Counted from the stretch's first letter, positions 1-10,465 are shown. The stretch is DNA of 64,000 nt from an uncultured virus (IMG/VR IMGVR_UViG_3300042940_001453) (IMGVR_UViG_3300042940_001453:1-64000); one strand, 5' to 3'. Notes: a model not told the origin generated them from the letters alone. Made by a program: numbers and translations.

Positions 1-300
1 GTTGCGTTTAATCCATTGATATATAAAAAATATATATTTAACGTTTGGAATATAAGACATTTTAATGATTTTATACAAGATATAAATGTAATTAATAATG
101 CTGGGTACCATTTCAGCTGGTGCGTTAATATAGAAAATAAAATTAAAAGTTTTTCACATCAAGAATTGAATGATCCAAAAACTATTAAAAAATTTATAAA
201 TTACAAGCATATTTTAGAAAATTGTGAAATAGTAAATGATTTGCCAGATTTTATAAAACTAAATTATAGTCAATATTTTTACAAAGACGATGTATTATGA
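1..300 (+). CDS. Glycosyltransferase family 17-like protein, C-terminal part (gene starts before window)
   Basis: Frame open from base 1; AGYHFSW...IENKIKSFSHQE resembles the GT17 C-terminal motif. Confidence 0.6.
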   Translation, partial: VAFNPLIYKKYIFNVWNIRHFNDFIQDINVINNAGYHFSWCVNIENKIKSFSHQELNDPKTIKKFINYKHILENCEIVNDLPDFIKLNYSQYFYKDDVL

Positions 301-854
301 TTCAAATAAGTGAAAAATATCCTACTCTCATTAAAGGTTCAATCGGAGAACAAGCAGTAGATTTAATAAGATTTTTATTACCAGAAGGATCTTCTATTTT
401 GGAATTTGGTTGTGGTGTTACTACTAAGTTGTTATTGACTTGGTATAATGTATATTCAATTGAACATAATATGCAGTGGTTAAATCACCCAAATGCATAT
501 CACGTTCCATTAAAAGAATACAATAATACCGATTTTAAAGCACCCAACAATATATCATGCCTTCCGTTTTATGAAAAACAAGTTGCTTGGTACGATCCAA
601 ATAAACTATCTGAAGTATTAAAATTGGTACCAAAATATGATCTAATTATAATAGATGGACCAAACGGAAACTACGGTAGAGGTGGTTTTTATACACATCT
701 AGATTTGTTTGACACAAACGCTCATATGGTATTTCACGATCTAAATAGACAAGCCGAGATGGAGCTAATCAAAAAAGTATCTGAAAAGGTTGGCAGACCT
801 GCTTTTGTTTTGGACAATGACGAAAAAACAGGAGTAATAAAATCACTTAATTAA
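297..854 (+). CDS. Class I SAM-dependent methyltransferase-like protein
   Basis: ILEFGCG motif I, SIEH, YDLIIIDGP, VFHD. Confidence 0.7.
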   Translation: MIQISEKYPTLIKGSIGEQAVDLIRFLLPEGSSILEFGCGVTTKLLLTWYNVYSIEHNMQWLNHPNAYHVPLKEYNNTDFKAPNNISCLPFYEKQVAWYDPNKLSEVLKLVPKYDLIIIDGPNGNYGRGGFYTHLDLFDTNAHMVFHDLNRQAEMELIKKVSEKVGRPAFVLDNDEKTGVIKSLN

Positions 855-895
855 AAAAAATTTCAAGTCAATTCAAATAGTATCTATAATAGAGT

Positions 896-1759
896 ATGAA
901 AAAATATAACTTCACAAACAAATTATTCTTAGTTACAGGTGGTAGTGGATTTCTAGGCAAACCACTCGTTAAAAGACTTTTGAACGACGGTGCAAAAGTT
1001 CGTGTTCTATCAAGAGACGAAGGTAAATTGATTGATCTTAAACAATCGTTTCCGTCCATAGAAATTCTCACGGGAGACATCTCCGATCCATTTGAAGTAC
1101 GTCAAGCTATGAAAGGAGTTAATGGTGTATTTCACTTAGCAGCATCAAAACACATTGGTATTGCTGAAAAGCAAGTTCGTGAATGTATCAAGTCCAATAC
1201 ATTAGGATCACTTTACATTTTAGAAGAATCGCTTAATTATGAGTTGGAGTTTGTAATTGGTATCAGCACAGATAAAGCGGCTCAAGTAGCTGGTGTATAT
1301 GGTGCTTCTAAATTACTAATGGAACGTTTATTTAAGCAGTTTGAACAGCTAAATCCAAATACAGACTATCGTATAGTTCGTTATGGCAACGTGTTGTATT
1401 CTACGGGATCAGTACTATGTAAGTGGAGAGACTTGATTAGCGAAGGTAAAGACTTGATTGTTACAGAACCAGAAGCTACCAGATTCTTTTGGACGGTTGA
1501 TCAAGCAATTGATTTGATCTATAATTGTCTGGAAAATTGTACCGATTCAACACCATACGTACCCACGATGAAAGGTATGAGTATAGGAAATCTATTGGAG
1601 GCACTAATTCAAAAATACGCTCCAGCTGGATCTAAACCAAATGTTAAAGTTATCGGTTTACAACCAGGCGAAAACAAACACGAAAAGATTCTAGAAAACG
1701 GTCCTTATAGCAACGAAGTTGAACAATATACTATCGAAGAAATCAAAGATCTTATCTAA
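896..1759 (+). CDS. UDP-GlcNAc 4,6-dehydratase-like (PseB/FlaA1/CapD family) SDR
   Basis: TGGSGFLG, FHLAASKH, ISTDKA, YGASK, VRYGNV, TRFF, GLQPGENKHE. Confidence 0.85.
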   Translation: MKKYNFTNKLFLVTGGSGFLGKPLVKRLLNDGAKVRVLSRDEGKLIDLKQSFPSIEILTGDISDPFEVRQAMKGVNGVFHLAASKHIGIAEKQVRECIKSNTLGSLYILEESLNYELEFVIGISTDKAAQVAGVYGASKLLMERLFKQFEQLNPNTDYRIVRYGNVLYSTGSVLCKWRDLISEGKDLIVTEPEATRFFWTVDQAIDLIYNCLENCTDSTPYVPTMKGMSIGNLLEALIQKYAPAGSKPNVKVIGLQPGENKHEKILENGPYSNEVEQYTIEEIKDLI

Positions 1760-2574
1760 TGAAAATATTGGTTATAGGTGGAAATAGATTCGTTGGTAAA
1801 AAAGTCGCATATGAACTAAGTAAATTAGCCAACGTTGCTGTTCTTAATAGATCAGGCACAGGTCCAAATAAAGTTAAAGTAATCAAGTGGGATCGTAATG
1901 AACCATTTAATATCGAAAATGATTACAACGTTATTCTGGACTTTTGTCTTTTTAAACCAGCTCAAGCTCAACATCTTGTAAATTGGTTGAAACCGAACCA
2001 AAAATACATATTTATAAGCAGCGGCGCCGCATATAAAGACGCAAACTGTCTATCATACAACGAAGAAATGTGCATTGGTGGTCGATCTGGATTTGGTGAT
2101 TATGGTGTAGAAAAAGCCGATTGTGAAAATATAGTCAAACAAATAGACACCAACTATATGATTATCAGACCACCATATATTGTTGGTCACGATTGTCCTA
2201 GACCAAGAATAAGTTACTATATCAGAAATATACTTAACAATAGACCTGTAGAAGTTGCTGGCACAGGAAATAAACTATTGAGTTTTATATGGGCAAATGA
2301 TATTGTTAATACATTGGTGTATATGTCTACTACTAATCAATACAACACTAAAGATAGTTACAACATTGTAAACGAAGATGTTTACAGTGCCAGAACACTC
2401 ATCGAAGAAATAAGTTTGTTTTTAAATAAAAAGGCAAATATTATTGAAAATGGTACTAGTTCACCGTTTATAGACGAACATCTATTGTTGTCTCCTTTGA
2501 AATTAGGCAGAAAGTTTAGTAGTACAAAACAAAATCTACCTGAATTTTTCGATTATATCAAATCTACGTTATGA
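1759..2574 (+). CDS. NAD-dependent epimerase/dehydratase (extended/atypical SDR)
   Basis: GGNRFVG Rossmann motif, YIFISS, YGVEK, IIRPPYIVG. Confidence 0.8.
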   Translation: MKILVIGGNRFVGKKVAYELSKLANVAVLNRSGTGPNKVKVIKWDRNEPFNIENDYNVILDFCLFKPAQAQHLVNWLKPNQKYIFISSGAAYKDANCLSYNEEMCIGGRSGFGDYGVEKADCENIVKQIDTNYMIIRPPYIVGHDCPRPRISYYIRNILNNRPVEVAGTGNKLLSFIWANDIVNTLVYMSTTNQYNTKDSYNIVNEDVYSARTLIEEISLFLNKKANIIENGTSSPFIDEHLLLSPLKLGRKFSSTKQNLPEFFDYIKSTL

Positions 2575-3713
2575 ACAAATTATCAAGAACAAAGCCATAT
2601 ATTCCCAAAGAAGACCACAAAGAAATATTAGACAGAATTGCGGATATTTTAAATACAGAATCGTTGGTTCAGTCCAAGTATGTTTCTGAATTTGAGAATA
2701 TGTTTGCAAAGTATTGTGGTACAAAATATGCAGTTGCAACTTGTTCAGGTGGTACTTGTTTGGAAGTAGCACTAAGAGCCTCTGGTTTAGTAGGTAAAAA
2801 AATAATTGTACCTACACAAACATTTATAGCAAGCGTTAGTGCGATAGTTCGTTCCAACAATATACCTCTAATTGTAGATATCGATGAAAATACACACTGT
2901 TTAAGTGCTGATGTAATTGAAAAAAATTTGGATAAAGATGTAGCGGGTGTGATGTTAGTACATATGGCTGGCTATATTACTCCTGATTATTACAACATTA
3001 AAAAACTATGTGATAAACACGGCCTTTTATTGTTTGAAGATGCTTCTCACGCAGTAGGGTCTACTATAGACGATCTTCATTCTGGAAATCTGGGATACGC
3101 AGGATGTTTCTCCCTATTTGCTACGAAAATTATTACCACAGGTGAAGGTGGGATAATTACTACAAATGATGCAAAGTTTGCAGAAACTTGCAAAACTTTG
3201 AGAAATCACGGAGCTGTTAGAAATCCAACACCAGTAAATGGAGTAGACTTCGGTGTGAGTTGTGAATTTATTTCTTCTAACTATAAAATGACAGAAATGG
3301 TTGCAGCTCTTGGTATTAGCCAACTAAAAAGAGCAAATGAATTTGTAGAGAAACGTAACGTTATAGCAAAAAGATATAAAGAAAAGATCACCAATCCCAA
3401 AATCAAATTTATTGATGTTCCAAATAATATAGTTAATACTTGGTGGCACTACATTATAGAATTGCCAAAATCCACAACTTTAAATGAAAGATCAGAAATT
3501 TGTAAAAAACTATTTTTGGAATATAACATACCTACAGCAAATGCTTATTGGCCAGCTTGTCATCAACAAAAAGTATTTGAACCATATACCGTGAATCAAA
3601 CATATGAATCAGCGGATGGTTTGTTGTCTAGACATCTATCTATTCCTATGTACGTAGAGATGACGATGGATCAAGTTGATTATGTTGCGGATGTAATTAA
3701 CAAAATTGTATGA
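2571..3713 (+). CDS. DegT/DnrJ/EryC1/StrS PLP-dependent sugar aminotransferase
   Basis: FEDASHAVG, FSLFATKIITTGEGG, NYKMTE, LSIPMY. Confidence 0.92.
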   Translation: MNKLSRTKPYIPKEDHKEILDRIADILNTESLVQSKYVSEFENMFAKYCGTKYAVATCSGGTCLEVALRASGLVGKKIIVPTQTFIASVSAIVRSNNIPLIVDIDENTHCLSADVIEKNLDKDVAGVMLVHMAGYITPDYYNIKKLCDKHGLLLFEDASHAVGSTIDDLHSGNLGYAGCFSLFATKIITTGEGGIITTNDAKFAETCKTLRNHGAVRNPTPVNGVDFGVSCEFISSNYKMTEMVAALGISQLKRANEFVEKRNVIAKRYKEKITNPKIKFIDVPNNIVNTWWHYIIELPKSTTLNERSEICKKLFLEYNIPTANAYWPACHQQKVFEPYTVNQTYESADGLLSRHLSIPMYVEMTMDQVDYVADVINKIV

Positions 3714-4399
3714 TTGTAAGCATTCATCAGCCCAATTATTTACCTTGGATGGGATTTTTTGATAAAATAGCTAGAAGCGATATCTTTGTTATTTTTGATA
3801 ACGTACAGTTTCCAAGAGGCAAACAACATTTTGGACACAGAAATTTAATCAAGACTGATGGCGAACCAAAGTGGTTAACGGTGCCATTAAATGGAAAAAG
3901 TGAACTCAAAAACTTTGATGAAATAGAAATCAATTATAATGGATGGAACGATAATCATCTAAACTTAATAAAAAATTTCTATAGAAAGTCAAAATACTTC
4001 AATGTATATTATGGCGATTTAGAGTCAATTCTCCGAGTCAACTATAAAACATTATCAGAATTAAACAGTGCTTTGATCAAATATTTCTTAAATGTAATGG
4101 AAATCAAAACACAAGTTGTATTTTGTTCTGAAATATGTCCCAAGGAAGTTTCTGGTGGCGAGCGTATAATGTATTTATTGAAGAATTTAAATGCTACAAA
4201 ATATATTTCTGGCACTGGTCCAGGCTCAATGAGATATATAAATGAACAAGAGTTCAAAGATAATAATATAGAATTGATTTGGCAACATTATAATCATCCA
4301 AAATATACACAATTATATGGTGACTTTAAGCCATATATGTGTATAATAGATTTATTGTTCAACGAAGGTACAAATAGTAAAAGTATAATTTTAAGTTAA
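3710..4399 (+). CDS. WbqC family protein (putative glycyltransferase)
   Basis: SIHQPNYLPWMGFFDKI...DNVQF, WLTVP, Y.Q..G.F...CIIDLLFN. Confidence 0.9.
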   Translation: MIVSIHQPNYLPWMGFFDKIARSDIFVIFDNVQFPRGKQHFGHRNLIKTDGEPKWLTVPLNGKSELKNFDEIEINYNGWNDNHLNLIKNFYRKSKYFNVYYGDLESILRVNYKTLSELNSALIKYFLNVMEIKTQVVFCSEICPKEVSGGERIMYLLKNLNATKYISGTGPGSMRYINEQEFKDNNIELIWQHYNHPKYTQLYGDFKPYMCIIDLLFNEGTNSKSIILS

Positions 4400-4400
4400 T

Positions 4401-5060
4401 ATGAAACGTGTAATGGCAATAGGAGCACATCCTGATGATATTGAATTTGGTTGTGGTGGTACACTGTACAATCACAAATTAAAAGGCGATTACGTAGTAT
4501 ACGTGTGTATGACCAACACAGAATCTGTGGACGGTACTAATGGAACATTATTAAGAACCGCAGAAGAAAATAAACTGGAAACCATTAATGCGTCTAAGGT
4601 GTTGCAATGTGACGATGTGGAGTTCTTACCGTTCAAAGACTTACACGTGCCTTTTAGTTTTGACTCGGTAAGTAAACTTGAAAGCTTGATTAAAAAGCAC
4701 AAAGTAAATACAATTTATACACATTGGGCCGGAGATGCAAATCAAGACCATATTTCCACATTCAAGACTACGATGGCAGCTGCTCGATATGTTCCCAACG
4801 TATTATGTTATGAACAAATACCCATTTCCAGAATGACAGAGAATCAAATGGATATAAATTACTATGAAAATATAGATAACGCATTTGATAAGAAAATTGA
4901 AGCTTCTATGTGTCATAGAAGTCAGATTTCAAAATATGAAAAAGTTGGATTAAATGTAAAATCTAACCTAGAAATACTAGCAAGATTTAGAGGTATACAA
5001 GGTCAATGTAAATATGCAGAGGCTTTTAAGGTACTGAAAATGATAAACGCACACCTATGA
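4401..5060 (+). CDS. PIG-L/LmbE family N-acetylhexosamine deacetylase
   Basis: AHPDDIEFGCGG, THW..D.NQDH, H.SQ, AEAF. Confidence 0.9.
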   Translation: MKRVMAIGAHPDDIEFGCGGTLYNHKLKGDYVVYVCMTNTESVDGTNGTLLRTAEENKLETINASKVLQCDDVEFLPFKDLHVPFSFDSVSKLESLIKKHKVNTIYTHWAGDANQDHISTFKTTMAAARYVPNVLCYEQIPISRMTENQMDINYYENIDNAFDKKIEASMCHRSQISKYEKVGLNVKSNLEILARFRGIQGQCKYAEAFKVLKMINAHL

Positions 5061-6133
5061 ATATTGAATTTGACGTAACACTGCAATGTAATTTTAGTTG
5101 TCCTAGTTGTAATAGACATAGTAATTTTAATGCATTAACAGATCCATTTGACAAAGATAATGCAGCTGGTCTTAATTACTATGAAAATACCAACGTAACA
5201 ATGGATCACGTTGATAAATTGATATCCGATTGTAAAAGACAAGGTAAAATTGAAAGAATACATATCATTGGAGGCGAACCACTGACGCATCCAAATATTT
5301 CTGATATAGTAGATAGACTACGTGATAATTTGTGGGGAGATCCAGTTCCAAACATTGTTATTATTTCAAATTTACACCCCAAAATGTTAAAGGCGGGTAC
5401 TTTAGACACTCCAGATCGTGTTATCAAGTATTTCCCATTTGATAAAGTTGATAAGATTAAGTTATCATACATCGATCACATAAGTCCTATTTTCAAATCA
5501 ATTGCACAATATCTAAATGATAGTCAAATCACAAAAGATCAATTGATTCCCAATCTGGATAAACTAGTATTTGAAATGCCAAATCAAGTATCACTGACAG
5601 AGTTACTATCAAAAGTAAACTTTTTCAGAGGCATACCAGTTACTAATTTCACCCCACTAGATGAAAAAGGAGAAATACATCGTTGTAGCTTAGTGGCTCC
5701 ATATGATTCTGGTCAAGAAATGATTCCACAGTGCAATATTCCAAATAGATGTGGGGTAAATTATTCATTTGATGGATATTGGCCTTGTTCAAATGGATCT
5801 GCTATAGCGAGATTGTTCAAATTAAATGGATACAACCGTAAAGATTTGCCTGATGATTTTACAGATTGGTCCGGCGTAAATGAAAAAGGTAACGCTGAAA
5901 TTAATAAAAAATCAGGAATGTGGGATATGTGTAAAATGTGTCAAGTAGCTGCTAAAAATAAATTAGCAGAAAAAGATCACGGACGACCAATCTCTATTAG
6001 TTATAGAAAAGCACTGGGGTTGGAAAAATCAGATGAATCGTTATCAGAATATGTTATCGAAAAACATTCAAAGAGACTAGCAACTGCAGCTATTCTAAAA
6101 GAAGGTATTTGCGTAGACGATAAATGTACTTAA
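5057..6133 (+). CDS. Radical SAM protein with Cys-rich C-terminus
   Basis: CNFSCPSC (CxxxCxxC), IIGGEPLTHP, later C..C..PC..CxxC cluster (SPASM/twitch-like). Confidence 0.8.
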   Translation: MNIEFDVTLQCNFSCPSCNRHSNFNALTDPFDKDNAAGLNYYENTNVTMDHVDKLISDCKRQGKIERIHIIGGEPLTHPNISDIVDRLRDNLWGDPVPNIVIISNLHPKMLKAGTLDTPDRVIKYFPFDKVDKIKLSYIDHISPIFKSIAQYLNDSQITKDQLIPNLDKLVFEMPNQVSLTELLSKVNFFRGIPVTNFTPLDEKGEIHRCSLVAPYDSGQEMIPQCNIPNRCGVNYSFDGYWPCSNGSAIARLFKLNGYNRKDLPDDFTDWSGVNEKGNAEINKKSGMWDMCKMCQVAAKNKLAEKDHGRPISISYRKALGLEKSDESLSEYVIEKHSKRLATAAILKEGICVDDKCT

Positions 6134-6134
6134 T

Positions 6135-7079
6135 ATGATACTCAAAGTAAATCCAGAATTTGGCATTGAATTGGCACTAGCTATACCTTTTGCTTATTGG
6201 TTACATCAAAACAAACAATTGGATGGTGTAGTTACTAGTAAAGGAATGAGACCATACTATTTCTTCTGTGACAATGTAAAAGAAGAATTTCTAACCAGAA
6301 CAATCGATAATAATCTGGCGTTAGCAGAAGTGCCAAATAAATGGATTCACCATAACTCACTAGCAGTTACAGGCAAAGAATATCACCATCTAACAACTGA
6401 AGAACAAGAACAAGTTAATGGTGTGTTGGATTACACCAAGTGGTCTAGTCCTCCTTTTAAAGAATATTATCAAAACGACGAATATAAATTTGATAAACCC
6501 GTGGTATTTATAACAAACAAATATAATATGGAACACGGAGAAATTCCTCTGGGATATTTTAACATTCCTTGTTTATATGAAATGTTTGATTATTTTAAAG
6601 AAAAAGGATATCTTGTAATATACAAGAGAGCTACTAATAAAGAAAAAGAATTTACTATAGACCAAAACGAATACAATTCATTACAACAAGGTTACCACGA
6701 TATTAAAGCTAATGTAGAAGGAATTGGAACTATAACAGACTTTGAATTGTGCAAATATTTTGATAATGTAATTTTAATAGACGATTTGGTAAAACAATCA
6801 AAGTATAGTTACAATGAAACCCAACTTAAATTAATGGCAAATTGCAGCAGATTTGTTACAGTTTGTGGCGGAAATTCAATATTATCTTCACTTTTTGGAG
6901 GCACAGTTATTAGTTATATACATAAGGGAAAAGAATTACGCCCTAATTACTTTGGGCCTAATAGTTATTTCCGTAAGCTTTCAAACGCTAACGTTATTCC
7001 TGTAATAGACAAAAGTGTTGTAAAGACAGGAATCCACGATTATAGTGAATTGATGCATCAAATAAAAATACAGTTTTAA
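6135..7079 (+). CDS. Hypothetical protein, possible GT-B glycosyltransferase
   Basis: Long ORF in glycosylation operon; EFGIEL N-terminus and FVTVCGGNSILS are GT9-like. Confidence 0.45.
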   Translation: MILKVNPEFGIELALAIPFAYWLHQNKQLDGVVTSKGMRPYYFFCDNVKEEFLTRTIDNNLALAEVPNKWIHHNSLAVTGKEYHHLTTEEQEQVNGVLDYTKWSSPPFKEYYQNDEYKFDKPVVFITNKYNMEHGEIPLGYFNIPCLYEMFDYFKEKGYLVIYKRATNKEKEFTIDQNEYNSLQQGYHDIKANVEGIGTITDFELCKYFDNVILIDDLVKQSKYSYNETQLKLMANCSRFVTVCGGNSILSSLFGGTVISYIHKGKELRPNYFGPNSYFRKLSNANVIPVIDKSVVKTGIHDYSELMHQIKIQF

Positions 7080-7081
7080 AT

Positions 7082-8284
7082 ATGAAAATTAGTTTTATCC
7101 AACCCAGCAGAAACAACTTAAAATATCTTAAGTGGAGTTACGAAGCTATTCGTAAAAATTTAAGTCATAAAGAACACGAAGTTTGCGTAGCTGACGATTT
7201 TAGTAACGACGGCACCTTGGAATGGTGTAAAGAAACTGCAGCTAAAGATCCATACTTTAAGTTCATACGTAACCACGGACCAACCAGATTGGGTCACACA
7301 ATTCTATACGACCGTCTTATAAATGAAGTTGCTACCAATGAGGTTGTGATGATCTATCACGCTGATATGTACGCCTGTCCTAACTTTGATAAATATGTAG
7401 AAAAGTATATTCAACCAGGCACAATCGTAAGTCTAACTCGTATTGAACCACCTTTACATCCTCCCGGACCAGAAAAGATCGTTCAAGCATTTGGAACTGA
7501 GCCAGAAGAGTTTAATGAAGCTGGATTATTGAAATGGTTCAATGATACCCGTTTGACCAGAAAAGATAAAACCACAGAAGGAATCTTTGCGCCATGGGCC
7601 CTTTATAAGAAGGATTTTCAATCAATTGGTGGTCACGATGATCTTTATGCTCCTCAGAGCAAAGAAGATAGTGATATTTTTAACCGTTTCCTATTAAATG
7701 GATATAAGTTTGTACAAACGTGGGAGGGATGTGTATATCATATGACCTGTAGAGGAAGTAGATATAATCCAACTCTAACCACAGTTGGCAAAGAAAGCGA
7801 CGAATGGTTGGCACAAAACAATCGAAGTGCCAGAAACTTTATTCGTAAATGGGGACACTTTGTTAAACACAATGATACTATGAAGCCAATTGTGCCAAAA
7901 CGTTATGATGTTGGATTTGTAGTACGTAACTGTGACGAATACAAATTGGCTTTGTTGGAACCTTGGTGTGACACCATTTATACCGATGTACCATATGACC
8001 GTTATATTAATATCGAACAGAAAAATACCAAGTTTGATTTGAATAAAAAACTCAAACGATATGAAGTACCAAAAACAAATGATATCATCGTAGAGTTTGA
8101 TGCAACTAAGTTATCAAATGAAAGTTTTGAATTTTTCAATATGATTCAACTGATGTTAGAAGATAGCGGTCAAATAGGCACTTTAGAATTTGACATCTTC
8201 AAACTGCACATTAATAAATTACAAGATTATAGCAAACAATTAATTGAAATAAAAGACGAATGGTATAACAAAAAATTGTTATGA
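7082..8284 (+). CDS. Glycosyltransferase family 2
   Basis: ISFIQPSRN, VADDFSNDGT, HADM, GGHD, EDSD. Confidence 0.88.
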   Translation: MKISFIQPSRNNLKYLKWSYEAIRKNLSHKEHEVCVADDFSNDGTLEWCKETAAKDPYFKFIRNHGPTRLGHTILYDRLINEVATNEVVMIYHADMYACPNFDKYVEKYIQPGTIVSLTRIEPPLHPPGPEKIVQAFGTEPEEFNEAGLLKWFNDTRLTRKDKTTEGIFAPWALYKKDFQSIGGHDDLYAPQSKEDSDIFNRFLLNGYKFVQTWEGCVYHMTCRGSRYNPTLTTVGKESDEWLAQNNRSARNFIRKWGHFVKHNDTMKPIVPKRYDVGFVVRNCDEYKLALLEPWCDTIYTDVPYDRYINIEQKNTKFDLNKKLKRYEVPKTNDIIVEFDATKLSNESFEFFNMIQLMLEDSGQIGTLEFDIFKLHINKLQDYSKQLIEIKDEWYNKKLL

Positions 8285-8451
8285 AAAAATTGATAGAAAT
8301 TTGGAAAAATACGTTCTTAAAGTATTTTGATATAAATCAAAATGGTAAATTAGATCATTTGGAAATAGTATTTTTCTTATGTTTATTAATTGCGTACAAC
8401 TTGTTTTTTCAAATATTAGGTAACTACATTTACGATCTTATAAAAAAATGA
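8281..8451 (+). CDS. 56-aa membrane protein with EF-hand-like loop (not in ORF track)
   Basis: MKKLIEIWKNTFLKYFDINQNGKLDHLEIVFFLCLLIAYNLFFQILGNYIYDLIKK; ATGA overlaps with both neighbours. Confidence 0.7.
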   Translation: MKKLIEIWKNTFLKYFDINQNGKLDHLEIVFFLCLLIAYNLFFQILGNYIYDLIKK

Positions 8452-8825
8452 ACTTAACTGATTACAATATACCGCTTATATTTTGGGTATCATTCATTTT
8501 GGTGATTTGGTTAAACAGCGATATAGTACACACAATCGCTAAATTAACAAACACTAAACGTCTATTAAAAATAGATGAATACCAATTGTATAAATCAACC
8601 GTGGATCCAATGTCAACATATCCCAATTTTTTATATGCTGAATACCCAGGTTATTTTACTAAATTAATAAGTTGTGTGATTTGTTTGTGTTTTTGGTCGA
8701 GCTTATTTAGCGTGGGTATATTACTATTAGTTTTAAACTATCCGTTATACTATGCAATTATGTTGTTTCCAATTAACTACATTTTCAGTTTGTTTTTATA
8801 TTTAATAATAAATAAATTATTATGA
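8448..8825 (+). CDS. Hypothetical membrane protein (CxxC, about 3 TM segments)
   Basis: Hydrophobic segments, LISCVICLCFW. Confidence 0.7.
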   Translation: MNLTDYNIPLIFWVSFILVIWLNSDIVHTIAKLTNTKRLLKIDEYQLYKSTVDPMSTYPNFLYAEYPGYFTKLISCVICLCFWSSLFSVGILLLVLNYPLYYAIMLFPINYIFSLFLYLIINKLL

Positions 8826-9103
8826 TTATAGGAAGTTTTGTTGCATTAAACAATTTGGTATCCAAAGATAATATCGGCGCATTTGCGCCTTTAACAAATT
8901 GTATACAAACATTTGATAAAATCTGTTCGTGTCAAAAACAAAGAAAAACACTAAAGCACGATGAATGTAATAAAATTTACATTAATACAGTTACAGCCGT
9001 AGCTCCTTCTTTGGTTGATTACTTTAAAACAAAAACCACTGATGAAGAAATTATATTCTATCACAGTGGTCATAATTTGATTACCAAACTCAAATTGCGT
9101 TAA
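8822..9103 (+). CDS. Hypothetical protein
   Basis: ATGA-coupled last gene of the + operon. Confidence 0.65.
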   Translation: MIIGSFVALNNLVSKDNIGAFAPLTNCIQTFDKICSCQKQRKTLKHDECNKIYINTVTAVAPSLVDYFKTKTTDEEIIFYHSGHNLITKLKLR

Positions 9104-9731
9104 TAACCTTCAACGCATTTAAAACATTTTCTCTGATGTAGGGATACTCCTCCAATATAGATCCATTCAATTTATCACTACAATCTTCCCATTCAAAAGC
9201 GCAGTCTGCTTTTGCTTTTACTTTTGGATCATTGATCATTTCGTGATCGTTTGGCGCTGAATTATAAATCTTAACTATTTTGTTTTTACTAAACCTTCTG
9301 CCTGAAGGTACAGGTTCTTGTTTGTATTTGGTAATATGAACTAACTTACCACTTTGTTTTTGTTGCAACCAAGTACATTCATCTTGTGGATACACATCGT
9401 ATCTGATATCAGTTATAAAAACCACATCTGCAGTAGATTGTTTAATCTTTTCTTCAATTTTACCAGTCCAATATCTACCCTCAGATACCTTTCTCATAAC
9501 ATCACCATAAGCAACCAATAGTGGTCTAATAATATTCTTCTCATTGGTGTTCTCTGTAAATACATCAATACCCACCTTGGACTTGATAAGATCTTTTAAA
9601 TCGTTCTTCAACTCATATGCCAATGCATACTTTTCGGTTTTGAGACCTTGTTCAATCAAAAGTTTTTGAGCAACAGTAGTAAATAAATCTTTACCACTAC
9701 GAGCAAATCCAGATACACCTATAATTTTCAT
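9090..9731 (-). CDS. Deoxynucleoside monophosphate kinase
   Basis: MKIIGVSGFARSGKD P-loop, RPLLVAYG, ITDIRY; start moved to ATG at 9731. Confidence 0.85.
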   Translation of the reverse strand: MKIIGVSGFARSGKDLFTTVAQKLLIEQGLKTEKYALAYELKNDLKDLIKSKVGIDVFTENTNEKNIIRPLLVAYGDVMRKVSEGRYWTGKIEEKIKQSTADVVFITDIRYDVYPQDECTWLQQKQSGKLVHITKYKQEPVPSGRRFSKNKIVKIYNSAPNDHEMINDPKVKAKADCAFEWEDCSDKLNGSILEEYPYIRENVLNALKVINAI

Positions 9732-9732
9732 A

Positions 9733-10206
9733 TTATTTAAATAAATTCTCCACTTCTTTCTCGCTATATCCAAAACCTTGGATCAACTCACATAATTCTT
9801 TTAAGTTGTTGTCAGAAGCAGTATAAACACTATAATAGTCTATTGCATCACGTTTGCCAATTTTATATTTGTCACAGATGCAATCTAGTATTGTATTATT
9901 AATACCCTCGGTACTATTCTTGATATACTTACAGAACTTTCTACCTTTTGGTACTAAATCAATCAATACTTGATAAAATTGTTCTTCTGGAATGTTCTGA
10001 AAATGTTTGGATATAAAAGATACTTCTTCTATAATATCAGCATCCATACTTAAGAATCTAATCAACATATATTTGTTGAAAGACTTCTTCTCCTCTTCAG
10101 AAAGAGAAGTGTAGTAGTTTTTGTTTTTTACCTCCCGAATATGATTTACATGATCAAATAAACCACGAACTTTAACTTTGTTTTCGGATGTTTTCTTTGC
10201 TTTCAT
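9733..10206 (-). CDS. Clamp loader small subunit (T4 gp62-like)
   Basis: LFDHVNHI...EEKKSFNKYMLIRFLSM...KGRKFCKYIK pattern. Confidence 0.65.
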   Translation of the reverse strand: MKAKKTSENKVKVRGLFDHVNHIREVKNKNYYTSLSEEEKKSFNKYMLIRFLSMDADIIEEVSFISKHFQNIPEEQFYQVLIDLVPKGRKFCKYIKNSTEGINNTILDCICDKYKIGKRDAIDYYSVYTASDNNLKELCELIQGFGYSEKEVENLFK

Positions 10207-10423
10207 TATTCAATATTCTACTACGTTTTGCCAAAACTTCAATGTCTTTTGATATTTTATTATTTTTTAAATTTAATAACTCCAATGCATCAACTGTGAG
10301 AATTTGGTGGTCATCAAATTTTCTTAATAATTTAATAAACAGATAGAAATTGAAAAAAGAAAATATGGCTACTATTATGAGTAGTAGCCATATCAATACT
10401 TGACTATTAAAAATATAACTCAT
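10172..10423 (-). CDS. Small membrane protein
   Basis: N-terminal TM helix, overlaps downstream gene. Confidence 0.6.
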   Translation of the reverse strand: MSYIFNSQVLIWLLLIIVAIFSFFNFYLFIKLLRKFDDHQILTVDALELLNLKNNKISKDIEVLAKRSRILNNESKENIRKQS

Positions 10424-10465
10424 ACTTATAACTATTTACAAGTACGAGTTAACATTTATTTCAAA

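Noticed and set aside
1..8284. Bacterial O-antigen locus (host chromosome or prophage flank)
   Set aside because: No wzx/wzy/ABC exporter, integrase or att site seen; composition and gene packing are continuous with the phage genes
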